From assembly GCA_910586225.1 (NCBI GenBank), contig CAJUIL010000014.1:22966-86965 (forward strand): DNA of 64,000 bases, given 5' to 3'. The stretch comes from an uncultured Eubacterium sp. (GTDB lineage: Bacteria; Bacillota; Clostridia; Lachnospirales; Lachnospiraceae). How positions within the stretch are numbered: the stretch's first letter is position 1; each line of letters starts with the position of its first letter. Shown here in pieces: positions 39,320 to 49,342 of the stretch. A program made the translations under genes and the position numbers. Under the pieces are notes generated by a model that had not been told where the DNA came from, made no database searches, and worked only from the letters and a program-made list of their open reading frames with translations.

Positions 39320-40094
39320 GCAAATTTTTTTAAGGTTACAAAGTCTATGGCTACAAATATGGCAACTTCTTTACTTCACAAAGGATATATTTACTGATCA
39401 TAAAACGTTTCCTAATGCTTTAAAAGATATTGACCGGGTATTTATCATGCGACCTCCCCACTTGGGAAATCCAGAAGATCTGAAGCCTTTTATTGACGTT
39501 TTGAGAGAAGGTGGCAAGATAAGGCTTGTCGGTTTCTTATCCTTGATAGGAGTTGAAAATAACCCATTCCCTCCGCATCATAAAATCGAGAAATATATTG
39601 AATATGCCAGTCTTCCATATTGTCATATTCGCCCCAGCTTTTTTATGCAGAACATCAGCGGTGTACACGCTATTGAAATTAAGCATTTTAATAAGATCGT
39701 CGTTCCTGTAAAAAAATCGTTAACCAGTTTTATAGACGCAGAGGATGTTGGAGAAATTACAGCCAAAGTCTTATGTGAGCCGGAATTACATCAGGGTAAA
39801 ACTTATTCTATAACAGGCGCAGAAGCAATCGACTACTGGCAGGTAGCTAAAATCTTGTCAAAAGAATTAGAGAGAGAAATCATATATACGAATCCTGATC
39901 CATCATTTGCAAAAAAGTACTGGTTAAAGATCAGAGGTTTGGATCAAGATTATTGTACGGTTATGGGAATGCTCTATATGATGACACGTTTAGGAACGGC
40001 AAAGAAAGTCACTCCTGTTTTTGAACAGGTTATGGGAAAAAAACCTCGGACATTTCAGCAGTTTGTTAAAAAAAATTTAGCATTTTGGCAATAG
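39320..40094 (+). pseudogene. NmrA-family NAD(P)-binding protein with degenerate, frameshifted N terminus
   Basis: ORF 39447..40094 encodes the NmrA-like C-terminal two-thirds. Upstream in other frames there is a mutated Rossmann motif (KVTKSMATNMATSLLHKGYIY versus xVTGATGNxGxxLVxxLLxKGYxV) with stops. Confidence 0.5.
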
Positions 40095-40502
40095 AAAGTA
40101 AGCGGGAGAAAATGACTATTACATTTTCATATTTGCAGCAAGGTATTATGGCATTTTACAATTAGAAAGGAAAACGTATTAGAGCCAATGATGAGTCACT
40201 TGTATGCCACTTCTGTTATGCTTCACTTCTGCTCGTGATAGTGAAGCTGCTTATGAAACTGTTAAAGTATCAATCATGTTCATTCACATTTTTTGAAACA
40301 GCTCGTTTTATACAGAAAAATAAAGTGTGCAGTTAGATTTGCTGTATTTCTAACTTACACACTTATTTTACACTCCCAACAAGATATTGACCCATTGCTC
40401 CCCCAATCAAGGAAAGGGACTTTGTTCAATCCTGCAAGCATTCCGCACGCAATAGAATATTCTGTATATTTTGTGATAGTTACTCTGAATGTTAAATATT
40501 AT

Positions 40503-43205
40503 CTACATACTTTCGATCAACTCATCCAATTTTTTCAGCAACAGTTCATCCGGCTCCTGGTGGTGAATAAAGGAGCTGTCCATCCCATTCCTCCTCAGCC
40601 TGTCAATCCATTGCAGCGCTGCCTCTCGGCTAATGTTTTGCTCCAACATACCATAATAAATATATGCCAGTTCATTTGATACATTTGTATTAAAGACCGC
40701 CGGGTCATCGGAATTGATGCAGACAATTACATTCTGGACATCGTTTATCTGATTCATTTGGTATAACTGGTTTTCCTCCACCACATCCAAACCAGCAATC
40801 GCTGTATTGGAAGAGGGATTTACTTCTATAATAATACCTTTTCTCCCCAGCTTTTTCTTCAATATTTTCTGCAGCTCCTCTACAATCAGCAAATCCTGTT
40901 CTGTGATTTCATAATGAATGGGCCTTTCCATCTCTTTCACAAATTGTATACAGTGTCTAGCTGCTGCCAGCAGCGCAGAATCCCAGTGAATTTTCTTTCC
41001 TGCACATACCTTGCTGCAAAATTCCTTTTTTACCCTTTCATATGCTTGATCTTGAAAAACAAATAATCTGTGGTAACCTGATATCAGAAGCTCCAATGCA
41101 ATTCCTTCCTGTTCTGTTACCGCGCATTCTTCTCTATTTCCGTAAATTTTCCCAGACAATTCATAGATCTGCTTCTCCATATACGCCAAAATAGTAGCTT
41201 GGAAATCACTATAATTTTTACTCAATGTATCATATGCCCATAGATAATTTTCCAATGCTTCTATCTGCGGAATGATGATAACCGGATTTTGATTTTTCCA
41301 TTCCCTGGCGGAAATCCCAAGCGCAATTCCGTGGCCGATTCGATCTCCTGCATGAAATTTTAAATAATCCACAGCCTCGTCAATCCTTCTCAGCCCTGAC
41401 AAAATATGCCGAAAATCTTCTCCCGCATGAAAAGTAAAACCAAGACTTTGCGTATAGTCTCCATACTCATTTCTTCTTCCAATCTTTTCTATGCTGCTGT
41501 CTCTTGCTTTTTCATAGATTGGCGCAAATACCCAGACTGGCGTTGAATTTTCCAAACTTGCTGCATCTATTCCCACCAAATATCTGCTCAACTCACTGTA
41601 TTCTGACCTTAATTGAATGAAATTTTCAATCTGCTGTTGATAGCTTTGTTGGAGTTTGCCAAAGTGAAAATACGAACAGTCGTCTTTTCCATTTTGAAAG
41701 CATTTCTCCGGCACTGACGAATCTGGCTTTTTCAGAAAATGAATCACCAATCCCACCTGGGGAATTTTACGATATAGGATATATTCCTTTTTTTCATCAT
41801 CATAATAGGAATAATCTTCCTTTAATATTTTCTGATACGCTTTCAGAAAACTCAGTAGTTCCTTTCTGAACTTTGCGTAAGACATCGGTATGGAGGATCG
41901 AAATTCCACCTTAAATAAATCCTGATTCTGTAACTGTTCTCGCATTGCAGTTTCCCAAAAATTTTTTATATTCGCATGGCTCAAAGCAGAATTTACACCA
42001 TAATGCTCCTGCTGAAAATAATCCAGTCCTTTTATTGTCTTCTGCTGCACGCTCACATGGAACAAATAATTCCTGACCCTCAAATACTGCATCAAACATT
42101 GCTTCATATCCCATGTCATTTTTTCGTTCATCATCATGTATAACGCATAATATAAAAAAACATTTTCATCCATAGTATGAAGTTCAGAATCTTCATTTAA
42201 AATAGATGTACAAAAACGTTCCTCGGAAAAAGGCTCCTGCTGAATTTCTTTAAGGCTGTCCCAAAGCCCTATATAATAAGCAGTAATTTCTTTTTCATCT
42301 TTATCCTCATAATTATCTCTGAAAAATTTCTCAAACATCTGTCCTTCCTGAAATTTTTCAATCAGCTCCTCCACTTTTTCTCCATATGCATTTGGTCCAG
42401 ACTTCTGCCCCTTAATCAAAACAGATGAAATTTCCAAAGCCAGATATGCCCTGACAATTCCACTGCCCAATATGTAAAAAATCAATCGATTATTTTGCTC
42501 TTCTGTGCCGTCAATAAATTTCCGCTCCCAGAAAAAACTGCTGTCTTTTACCGTAAGCGGAGCCATCAGTGAGTCCCATATGCTTGAGAATGTTCTGGAC
42601 ACTCCTTTATGCAGGTGGTTCTCGGCAACTCCTTTCTCCAGAATTTTAGACAACTGCTGATCCGCCACCTCTATATTACCATAAAAGTAATCCAGACATC
42701 TAGCATCCAGTTCTTCCTGATTAATGATCATATAGACAATCCCAATTACGTCCATCGGAATGTGACAGTTCAGGCTGTGAAACAAAGTTACCTTGTTATG
42801 ATTTGCAAATCCACCAAATAACTCCTTATCGTTTTTATTCCTCCAATACTTAAAAACGATTCGTCCATCTCTGTGAGAAATTAAAGCTGCCGCCATCTTT
42901 TCCATAATATATTGGTACAGCTGTAAAGCATTGTCAAAACCTTTTTCTCCATCTACATAACCATAATAAAGATAGCACTTTTCCAGATACAAATATATTT
43001 CATCATAGGAATAAATATTGTAGTTTCGACGGATATAGCTGATCAACTGGCTTTTCAGACGTTTTCGTATATCTTCTGCTTTCTTTTTCTCTCCCGCTTT
43101 TACAGCAAAAATATATTCATTGATAAGATCTTCCCGGAATGCTTCCATGGACGTAAACGGATAACATAAAACCCCCAGAAAGCGGTTGATAGAATCATTC
43201 ATCAT
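40503..43205 (-). CDS. RdrB-like large protein with C-terminal adenosine-deaminase-family domain
   Basis: 900 aa. C-terminal amidohydrolase/ADA motifs: ENHLHKG (HxH), FHAGEDF (HAGE), RIGHGIAL, EVNPSSNTAIAGL, CINSDDPAVFNTNVSNELAYI (SxNxDDP). N-terminal ~500 aa unassigned. RBS AGAGG. Starts 15 nt after the stop of the upstream ATPase gene. Confidence 0.7.
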   Translation of the reverse strand: MMNDSINRFLGVLCYPFTSMEAFREDLINEYIFAVKAGEKKKAEDIRKRLKSQLISYIRRNYNIYSYDEIYLYLEKCYLYYGYVDGEKGFDNALQLYQYIMEKMAAALISHRDGRIVFKYWRNKNDKELFGGFANHNKVTLFHSLNCHIPMDVIGIVYMIINQEELDARCLDYFYGNIEVADQQLSKILEKGVAENHLHKGVSRTFSSIWDSLMAPLTVKDSSFFWERKFIDGTEEQNNRLIFYILGSGIVRAYLALEISSVLIKGQKSGPNAYGEKVEELIEKFQEGQMFEKFFRDNYEDKDEKEITAYYIGLWDSLKEIQQEPFSEERFCTSILNEDSELHTMDENVFLYYALYMMMNEKMTWDMKQCLMQYLRVRNYLFHVSVQQKTIKGLDYFQQEHYGVNSALSHANIKNFWETAMREQLQNQDLFKVEFRSSIPMSYAKFRKELLSFLKAYQKILKEDYSYYDDEKKEYILYRKIPQVGLVIHFLKKPDSSVPEKCFQNGKDDCSYFHFGKLQQSYQQQIENFIQLRSEYSELSRYLVGIDAASLENSTPVWVFAPIYEKARDSSIEKIGRRNEYGDYTQSLGFTFHAGEDFRHILSGLRRIDEAVDYLKFHAGDRIGHGIALGISAREWKNQNPVIIIPQIEALENYLWAYDTLSKNYSDFQATILAYMEKQIYELSGKIYGNREECAVTEQEGIALELLISGYHRLFVFQDQAYERVKKEFCSKVCAGKKIHWDSALLAAARHCIQFVKEMERPIHYEITEQDLLIVEELQKILKKKLGRKGIIIEVNPSSNTAIAGLDVVEENQLYQMNQINDVQNVIVCINSDDPAVFNTNVSNELAYIYYGMLEQNISREAALQWIDRLRRNGMDSSFIHHQEPDELLLKKLDELIESM

Positions 43206-43220
43206 GATATTTACCTCTGC

Positions 43221-46200
43221 TTATTCATTGACTTTAAATAACTCTTCAAAGTCTTTAGAATCTATTTTTTGTTCTAAGTTCTTATTCAATTCATCTATAA
43301 AATTCTCCAATACCTGTCTGTCAGCCTCCTTATGTGCGTCTGGTAATTTTTTCGCTATTTCTGATAACAAACGGGCATTCTGTATAATATTCTTACTCTG
43401 CTCTGCTTCCATTTTGTATTTATACAGACATTGTAAAAGAAACGCAAAATAAGAATGCCTCTTAACCCATGTATCCCAGTCCAGCTCATCTGGCTCAACT
43501 TCTGTATTTTGCATTTTTGGCTCAGCTGATGCTTTTTGCAATTCATTTAAAATCTGCTGCGCTTCATATTGCCCATACCGGACACGGTTATTTCCGGCTA
43601 ATTTGCCTAGCTCCTTGATTACTTTTCCGTATGTCTCAAAAGACATTCCTTCCTGAAAGCCTTCTTCTTTTTTATCATCAAGACACCGTGAGACATTATT
43701 TCGTATGCATTTGGCCTTCGTATTAGATACGCCAGCATATATTTTTTGTAAATTTTCCCAGCTCTCCTCGGCGTCACTTGTCTTTAATTTCCAATGTTTA
43801 CCACCTTCCACAGCTTTTTGGATAAATTCAAGATACCTATCTACCATCCTTTTTAAATAAACTGCTGCATTCTCCGCAGCTTCTACCTGCCAAAGTATGC
43901 CTGAATGTATCGCCTTTAAAACTTCTGCCTTTCTTTTCAGATCTTCTCTATCTTTATCTTCTTTGATCTCCTTTTCCCCTTCCTCTTTAGATTTATCCGC
44001 AACATACAAATTATCAAAATAAATCTCTTTCCACTCTTCTTCAATTTCATCCTGATCCTGCGCTGCCAAAATTCTAGCCAATGTATTTGACAGAATCCGA
44101 TTCATTGTTCTTTTTTCTTCCCACGATCCATCCTTGACAACCGCATTTATTTCATCACTAAATATTCTTATCACAATGTTTTGTGCGACAGAACTTGACA
44201 GTTGATTTCGGATATATGCAAATTCTTTCCAAAAAACCGGGTAATGCCTGGCAATTATTTCCAATGTCGTTTTCGAATTTACCTTTGCTATTGATGAAAA
44301 AGACTTCCACATGGCAATTACAACATCCTGCTCCAATTCTGCTGTGGAAATTATATCGGCATTTGATACGTCCGATGCTCTATCTTCATACAATCTCAAT
44401 ATTCTATCTAACGGGAGATTTTTATAGTATGCCAAATTCAGTATCAAATCTCCCTTTAACAGAAAGCTGCCGTTTACATCCTTTAGCTTCATATCTTGCA
44501 GCGCCGGGTATTCCTTGATCCCTTTCCTTTGCGCCTCATCTTTTGATCTTTTCTTATCTACGCTTTCCCATCCGTAATTGGAAACCTCCATCACCTTTTC
44601 CGCTATCACAGGATGGAAAAACAAGTCTTTCATTGCTTTATCCTTTAGATTTTTATAACATCCATCTTCTTTTATCTGCTCTTCATAATTATCCACTTCG
44701 TACAGAAGCCTGGCCGCAAAATCCACCAGAATAAACAAAGAAAACCTTTCTACGGGATCTGTTATCTCATATTCTTCCCGACCTTGGGAATGGTCCGCCG
44801 GATCCTTACTCTTATAAATGACTGCCTCCGCATTATCAAAAAACACTTTGCTGTCTGTATTTGTCCCTATATGGAAAAAATTCAACTGTATATCGGTTCT
44901 ATATTTGTTATAAATTGGTTTGGAAGATATGATCGTATCCAGCAGCAATTTCTTTTCTTTGGAATAATCCTTCCCTTGTTCTTTCTTTTCCGTTGAAATT
45001 TCGCCCAGAACATTATAGACATTATTCAGGCCGCGGGAAGTATTGTCAAATAAATGATACGTATAGGGCAGATTCCGTTTCTCGCTTTCTTCCTGCTTTT
45101 CATCCTCCATGTCCTGCCTGATCTGCGCATAGCAAAAAAAAGCTGGATCAACCCACCCCTTTAATTTCTCAACCAAAAGTTCGGAAAGCGTAATTCCCGC
45201 TTTCTGTCCTTTCTCATTTGCTTCATCAGGGAGCGCTTCTTTTCTCTGAATCTCTTCCCGCTCTGTAATGCAGTAATTTCCCTTTTCCTCTAAAGACCAG
45301 AATTTAATGTGATACCTGTATGCAGGAGGAATGATCTTTTTCAAATATTCATAAGCAAGCTTCTGTTTGCTGTCAAGCAGCGTATTGCTGCCTATTTTCT
45401 TATCCAGAATATCCTTGTTCAGCACATTTTCCTGTCTAAGAAAATCTAATGTCAATGCTTCCTCAAATGTCTCAAGATCCCCTGAAATAAAAGTGACAAT
45501 ATTTTCATTGGACAGATAGGAAAGCAGCGTCTTTACAACATCCGCACACCGATATGTGCTTAAATCAATATCGTCTATAAAAAGGAAAAGAAGGCTGCCA
45601 TCCTGTCTCCCTGCATCTACCAATTCGTCAACCAGTTCATGAAATTTATTGATAAATTCCGTATCCGAATTAAATACACTCGTTGAGCGGTTTACATAAT
45701 CATTCTCCGTCGTGTATTGGCTGATCAGGATATCCCGGTATTCTTTCTGGATATAGGTATACTGCTTGATCACTTCATCATACTTTTTCCGAAGCTCAGT
45801 TTTCTTAATGCAATCGACGTTACTTTTTTTCTGCCTTTTTTTCTCTTGCTCGTCCCTTTCCTTTATTACTTCATTCAGCATTCCCAGAACGGTTGCCATC
45901 AACGTACCGGATTCCGACATATTCTCTGGAACGATGATGGGAAGGATAATATCATGCAGCGTATGCTTGTTCTTTTCCAGCTGAACACGAATTGTCTTTA
46001 AAATAGATGTCTTACCTGCTCCTCGGACACCTATGATTCCTATATTGTTGGTTTTTTGATCTTTATCTCCGCCATTTACCTTTTGTCCTTTCGAGTTGCC
46101 TATAAAAGTTTTTTCTGTACGAAACTGATCTATCTGATAATAGATCCGATTGTAATTTGGCATAATTAATTCGGCCTCTAAATCCGACAGGCATCTCGCT

Positions 46201-46235
46201 CCTATTTTATTTTTACTTTCCTTTTGTTCATTCAT
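43221..46235 (-). CDS. RdrA-like large P-loop ATPase
   Basis: 1004 aa. Walker A GVRGAGKTS, Walker B LLFLFIDDIDL, long helical Lys/Glu-rich C-terminal region. RBS AAGGGGGAATAACGATG. AT-rich codon usage, unlike the flanking genes. Confidence 0.7.
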   Translation of the reverse strand: MNEQKESKNKIGARCLSDLEAELIMPNYNRIYYQIDQFRTEKTFIGNSKGQKVNGGDKDQKTNNIGIIGVRGAGKTSILKTIRVQLEKNKHTLHDIILPIIVPENMSESGTLMATVLGMLNEVIKERDEQEKKRQKKSNVDCIKKTELRKKYDEVIKQYTYIQKEYRDILISQYTTENDYVNRSTSVFNSDTEFINKFHELVDELVDAGRQDGSLLFLFIDDIDLSTYRCADVVKTLLSYLSNENIVTFISGDLETFEEALTLDFLRQENVLNKDILDKKIGSNTLLDSKQKLAYEYLKKIIPPAYRYHIKFWSLEEKGNYCITEREEIQRKEALPDEANEKGQKAGITLSELLVEKLKGWVDPAFFCYAQIRQDMEDEKQEESEKRNLPYTYHLFDNTSRGLNNVYNVLGEISTEKKEQGKDYSKEKKLLLDTIISSKPIYNKYRTDIQLNFFHIGTNTDSKVFFDNAEAVIYKSKDPADHSQGREEYEITDPVERFSLFILVDFAARLLYEVDNYEEQIKEDGCYKNLKDKAMKDLFFHPVIAEKVMEVSNYGWESVDKKRSKDEAQRKGIKEYPALQDMKLKDVNGSFLLKGDLILNLAYYKNLPLDRILRLYEDRASDVSNADIISTAELEQDVVIAMWKSFSSIAKVNSKTTLEIIARHYPVFWKEFAYIRNQLSSSVAQNIVIRIFSDEINAVVKDGSWEEKRTMNRILSNTLARILAAQDQDEIEEEWKEIYFDNLYVADKSKEEGEKEIKEDKDREDLKRKAEVLKAIHSGILWQVEAAENAAVYLKRMVDRYLEFIQKAVEGGKHWKLKTSDAEESWENLQKIYAGVSNTKAKCIRNNVSRCLDDKKEEGFQEGMSFETYGKVIKELGKLAGNNRVRYGQYEAQQILNELQKASAEPKMQNTEVEPDELDWDTWVKRHSYFAFLLQCLYKYKMEAEQSKNIIQNARLLSEIAKKLPDAHKEADRQVLENFIDELNKNLEQKIDSKDFEELFKVNE

Positions 46236-46866
46236 CGTTATTCCCCCTTATACTTTTCCTTGCGTTTTCTCTTTTGACCAGCAAAGTGTAGAATAGAATT
46301 GAGACGATTACTCATATCTACTCCCCATACTGCTCCGCTAAACAGAGTCTTTGTACATGGAAACAGATTTTTTATAATAAATTCAAGAGAACGATCCTGC
46401 CATCGTCCTGTGTTTTCTATCAGTAATTCTTTGTTGTAATTATAACATACATTTTAACTAAATTTATGAAAAACAGCAAATGTAATTTATATAAGTTAAT
46501 AGCCTTCTATTTATACTGGCAACCTGTCCCTCAGACACAACACCCAACCTCGATTGTGTCAGGTTAATATCATACCATTCTGTCATTCAGCATCCCCGCC
46601 GTTTATCAGTAAGCATATTTTGACCAGCCAGACGAAAAAGCATTCTGCCGGCAAAAGGTCAGATCCGTAATATAACAGAGCAGCCCCAAAAAACAGAATT
46701 TCAGAAATCCTTGTGGTAATTTTTTGCCAAGTTACTGAAATCTGCTGTGGATATGTAAAAATATGTTGATCCCACACGCATTTTACTGTTTTCAGCAGTC
46801 AAAAATTATCAGGGCTAAAAATCAGCGGAACACCTTGCTTTTACAGGCATCCCGCTGATTTTAACC

Positions 46867-48552
46867 TCACACATTCCGAAAATTCTCAAACGTCTTATAC
46901 AAATCCAGCTGCCCCCACCCCCATTCCCGATTCGGATACTCCCTAGAATCATCCCTGACCGCCCCGCGAATAAAATAATTCTTAATATTCGCCGTCGTAG
47001 CCGAAATATCATTCCTCCTAACCCCAGTCCATTCCAACATCAACGCCCCCGCGCCCGCTGTAATGGCAGCGGCTACGCTCGTGCCGCTGCGGGTCTCAAA
47101 TTTTCCTTCTCCGACCGGGCCGTATATGTCTACGGCAGGAGCCGCGATATCTGGCTTGATCTCCCGTGTTGCTGTATAACCACGACCGGATTCAAAGAAA
47201 ACGCTTCCGTCCAGGCCGTTGTATCCGGCGACTGTGATCGGCGCTTCCGCGTCTGATGGTACCGTAATGGTTGTGTCCGGATTAGAGCGGATAAAAAATA
47301 CTGGGCCGGAAACCATATCCTCCATTGGAACCCAGACATGATAAATGCCGTCTGTAAAATTGCGTACGGATACGTTCAATATCCAGACACCGGATATCGG
47401 CTTATGAAATCTTACATAAATCAGTTCGTTCCTGTTCGCCGCGCCTGTCAGCAGGTAATCGACCGTTACCATAGTACCTTCAAACAAAAAGCGGTATTCC
47501 GTATGGCTGCCGGGCGCAGTTGGCAGCGCATTAAAGCGCTCTCCGGTCGGGGAAATGACGGTTACCTCATATAGCTCTGGCGCTTCTGCCCACAATTCCG
47601 CAATAAAGCCTTCCACGCCTTCCGCTACGCTGATCTCCACACGCTCCTGCGCATTTTGTCCGCTAATGCCTCCCTGAAAATGATGCCTTTTATCCGCTTC
47701 GTTTCCGCAGGCCACCGCCACACAGCGCTGCCTGCGGTTGGATACCTCGTTGAGCGTATGCGCTAACGGGCTCGCACCGCCGCGGTTGCCCATGTTCGTG
47801 CCGAGCGCGATGCAGATGGACAACGGCTTACGCAGTTCTGAAGCCAGCATATTCAGATAACGGATACCGGCCATAATATCATTTTCCTGGAACACCGGCG
47901 TATCGTCCGGGATATAATAAAAATCCTTTAAGTACTGCTTTGCGGACTTTAGCTGTACAAACGCGATGTCGCATTCCGGTGCTGCGCCGCTGAACTGGTT
48001 GTCAAAATCCTCCGAACCAGCCGCCAATGCTGCCAGAAATGTACCGTGACCGTCCGCATATGGTATTTTTGCCGTCATCGAATCGTGATTAGCCAAAAGC
48101 TCCTCGTTGATCTGCTCCCTCGTATATTCCGTCCCGTACAAAAATCCTCTGGGCGGCATACCGCTGCGCTCCTCTTGGTTCCAAATACGCTCCACGCGCG
48201 TTGTACCATCCGTATTGCAAAACAGCGGATTTGTATAGTCAAAATCCGTGTCAATAAAGCCCATCAGCACACCCCGCCCAGTCAGAGCCAGGTTCGGCTG
48301 GTCGCGCACTTTTAAAATGCCGCTCTCGCCAAGCGCGAGGTTGTTCAAGAGTCCAAAGCATTTCGGGATAATGCCGTAAGAAAAATCACCTGTTTTTAAT
48401 TGCCTGCCGCGCATATGATCATAGACAACTACATAATCCTCATCCAATTCCTGTACGCAGTAATCTCCTGGAGGGACATCCTCCATAAATTCCTTTGTTG
48501 CAAGAAAGTCAAAATAATCGTTTGAATAAACAGCCTCTTCACAATCTGTCAT
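46867..48552 (-). CDS. S8-family (subtilisin-like) serine peptidase
   Basis: Catalytic triad contexts GFIDTDF (Asp), HGT (His), GTSVAAA (Ser). RBS GCAGGAG before MTDCEE. Confidence 0.8.
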   Translation of the reverse strand: MTDCEEAVYSNDYFDFLATKEFMEDVPPGDYCVQELDEDYVVVYDHMRGRQLKTGDFSYGIIPKCFGLLNNLALGESGILKVRDQPNLALTGRGVLMGFIDTDFDYTNPLFCNTDGTTRVERIWNQEERSGMPPRGFLYGTEYTREQINEELLANHDSMTAKIPYADGHGTFLAALAAGSEDFDNQFSGAAPECDIAFVQLKSAKQYLKDFYYIPDDTPVFQENDIMAGIRYLNMLASELRKPLSICIALGTNMGNRGGASPLAHTLNEVSNRRQRCVAVACGNEADKRHHFQGGISGQNAQERVEISVAEGVEGFIAELWAEAPELYEVTVISPTGERFNALPTAPGSHTEYRFLFEGTMVTVDYLLTGAANRNELIYVRFHKPISGVWILNVSVRNFTDGIYHVWVPMEDMVSGPVFFIRSNPDTTITVPSDAEAPITVAGYNGLDGSVFFESGRGYTATREIKPDIAAPAVDIYGPVGEGKFETRSGTSVAAAITAGAGALMLEWTGVRRNDISATTANIKNYFIRGAVRDDSREYPNREWGWGQLDLYKTFENFRNV

Positions 48553-48678
48553 AAACAACTCCTGCTATTTTCCTTCTATTCCATCATATGAAAAAAGCTT
48601 TAAAAGGTCCACAGCAACCTTTTAAAGCTTTTACATATCATCCATATCACAGCTGCGGCAAGCCGAACTGCTGCAATG

Positions 48679-49182
48679 CTAATCAGAAAAAATGATACTC
48701 GCATGGTGCATCCGGACTTCATTCAGCATCGCCTCCGACGGCTCCACCTTGACCTCCTGCAGCATCCCCTGGCTGGCAAAGATCATGCTGTAGATCCGGT
48801 GCTCCGGATTGCCGGAAGAAAAATCACGCACCTTAAGCTGCGGATTAGAATGATAGGCGTCCAGCCTGTGCGAATGAACCGGCGCCATGCACTGGAGCTC
48901 GCTTAACGCATACGACGTAAGTTTTTTGCGTTTGCTTTTATTTTTTACTACCGCAATATCCAGCTCATCTGAGACAAGCAGATATTCGTACTCCCGGTAT
49001 CGGTTTTTCAATGTGGAAAAGCTCACCGGGATCATGACGATGCCTATCAGCAAAAACAACATCTGAAACATCGCGCCGAATAATAATAAACCCATCGTAA
49101 GCAAGATTAGGCAAACTCCCAGCTTCTTCCCCGCGATATCCTTTTCATCATGCACGATCACCTCTGCATATGACTCTGACAT
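48679..49182 (-). CDS. Hypothetical membrane protein
   Basis: 167 aa with two TM helices. No family recognised. Confidence 0.4.
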   Translation of the reverse strand: MSESYAEVIVHDEKDIAGKKLGVCLILLTMGLLLFGAMFQMLFLLIGIVMIPVSFSTLKNRYREYEYLLVSDELDIAVVKNKSKRKKLTSYALSELQCMAPVHSHRLDAYHSNPQLKVRDFSSGNPEHRIYSMIFASQGMLQEVKVEPSEAMLNEVRMHHASIIFSD

Positions 49183-49342
49183 ATATTCCTCCTTTATAAC
49201 CCTACGCTCCCCGAACAGGAAGCCTTATCTTTTCCTCCTTACTCAGGAAGCCCTCTTTGTATGCTCAGCCCTGCCTCCTGCTCAAGAAGCCCTTTTTGTA
49301 TGCTCAGCCTGCCTCTTGACGCAAGAAACCCTTTTTATATAC

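Noticed and set aside
46583-47012. Short ORFs (64-65 aa) in the 630-bp spacer upstream of the ATPase gene
   Set aside because: No RBS or recognisable sequence. Probably promoter and untranslated region of the island operon.
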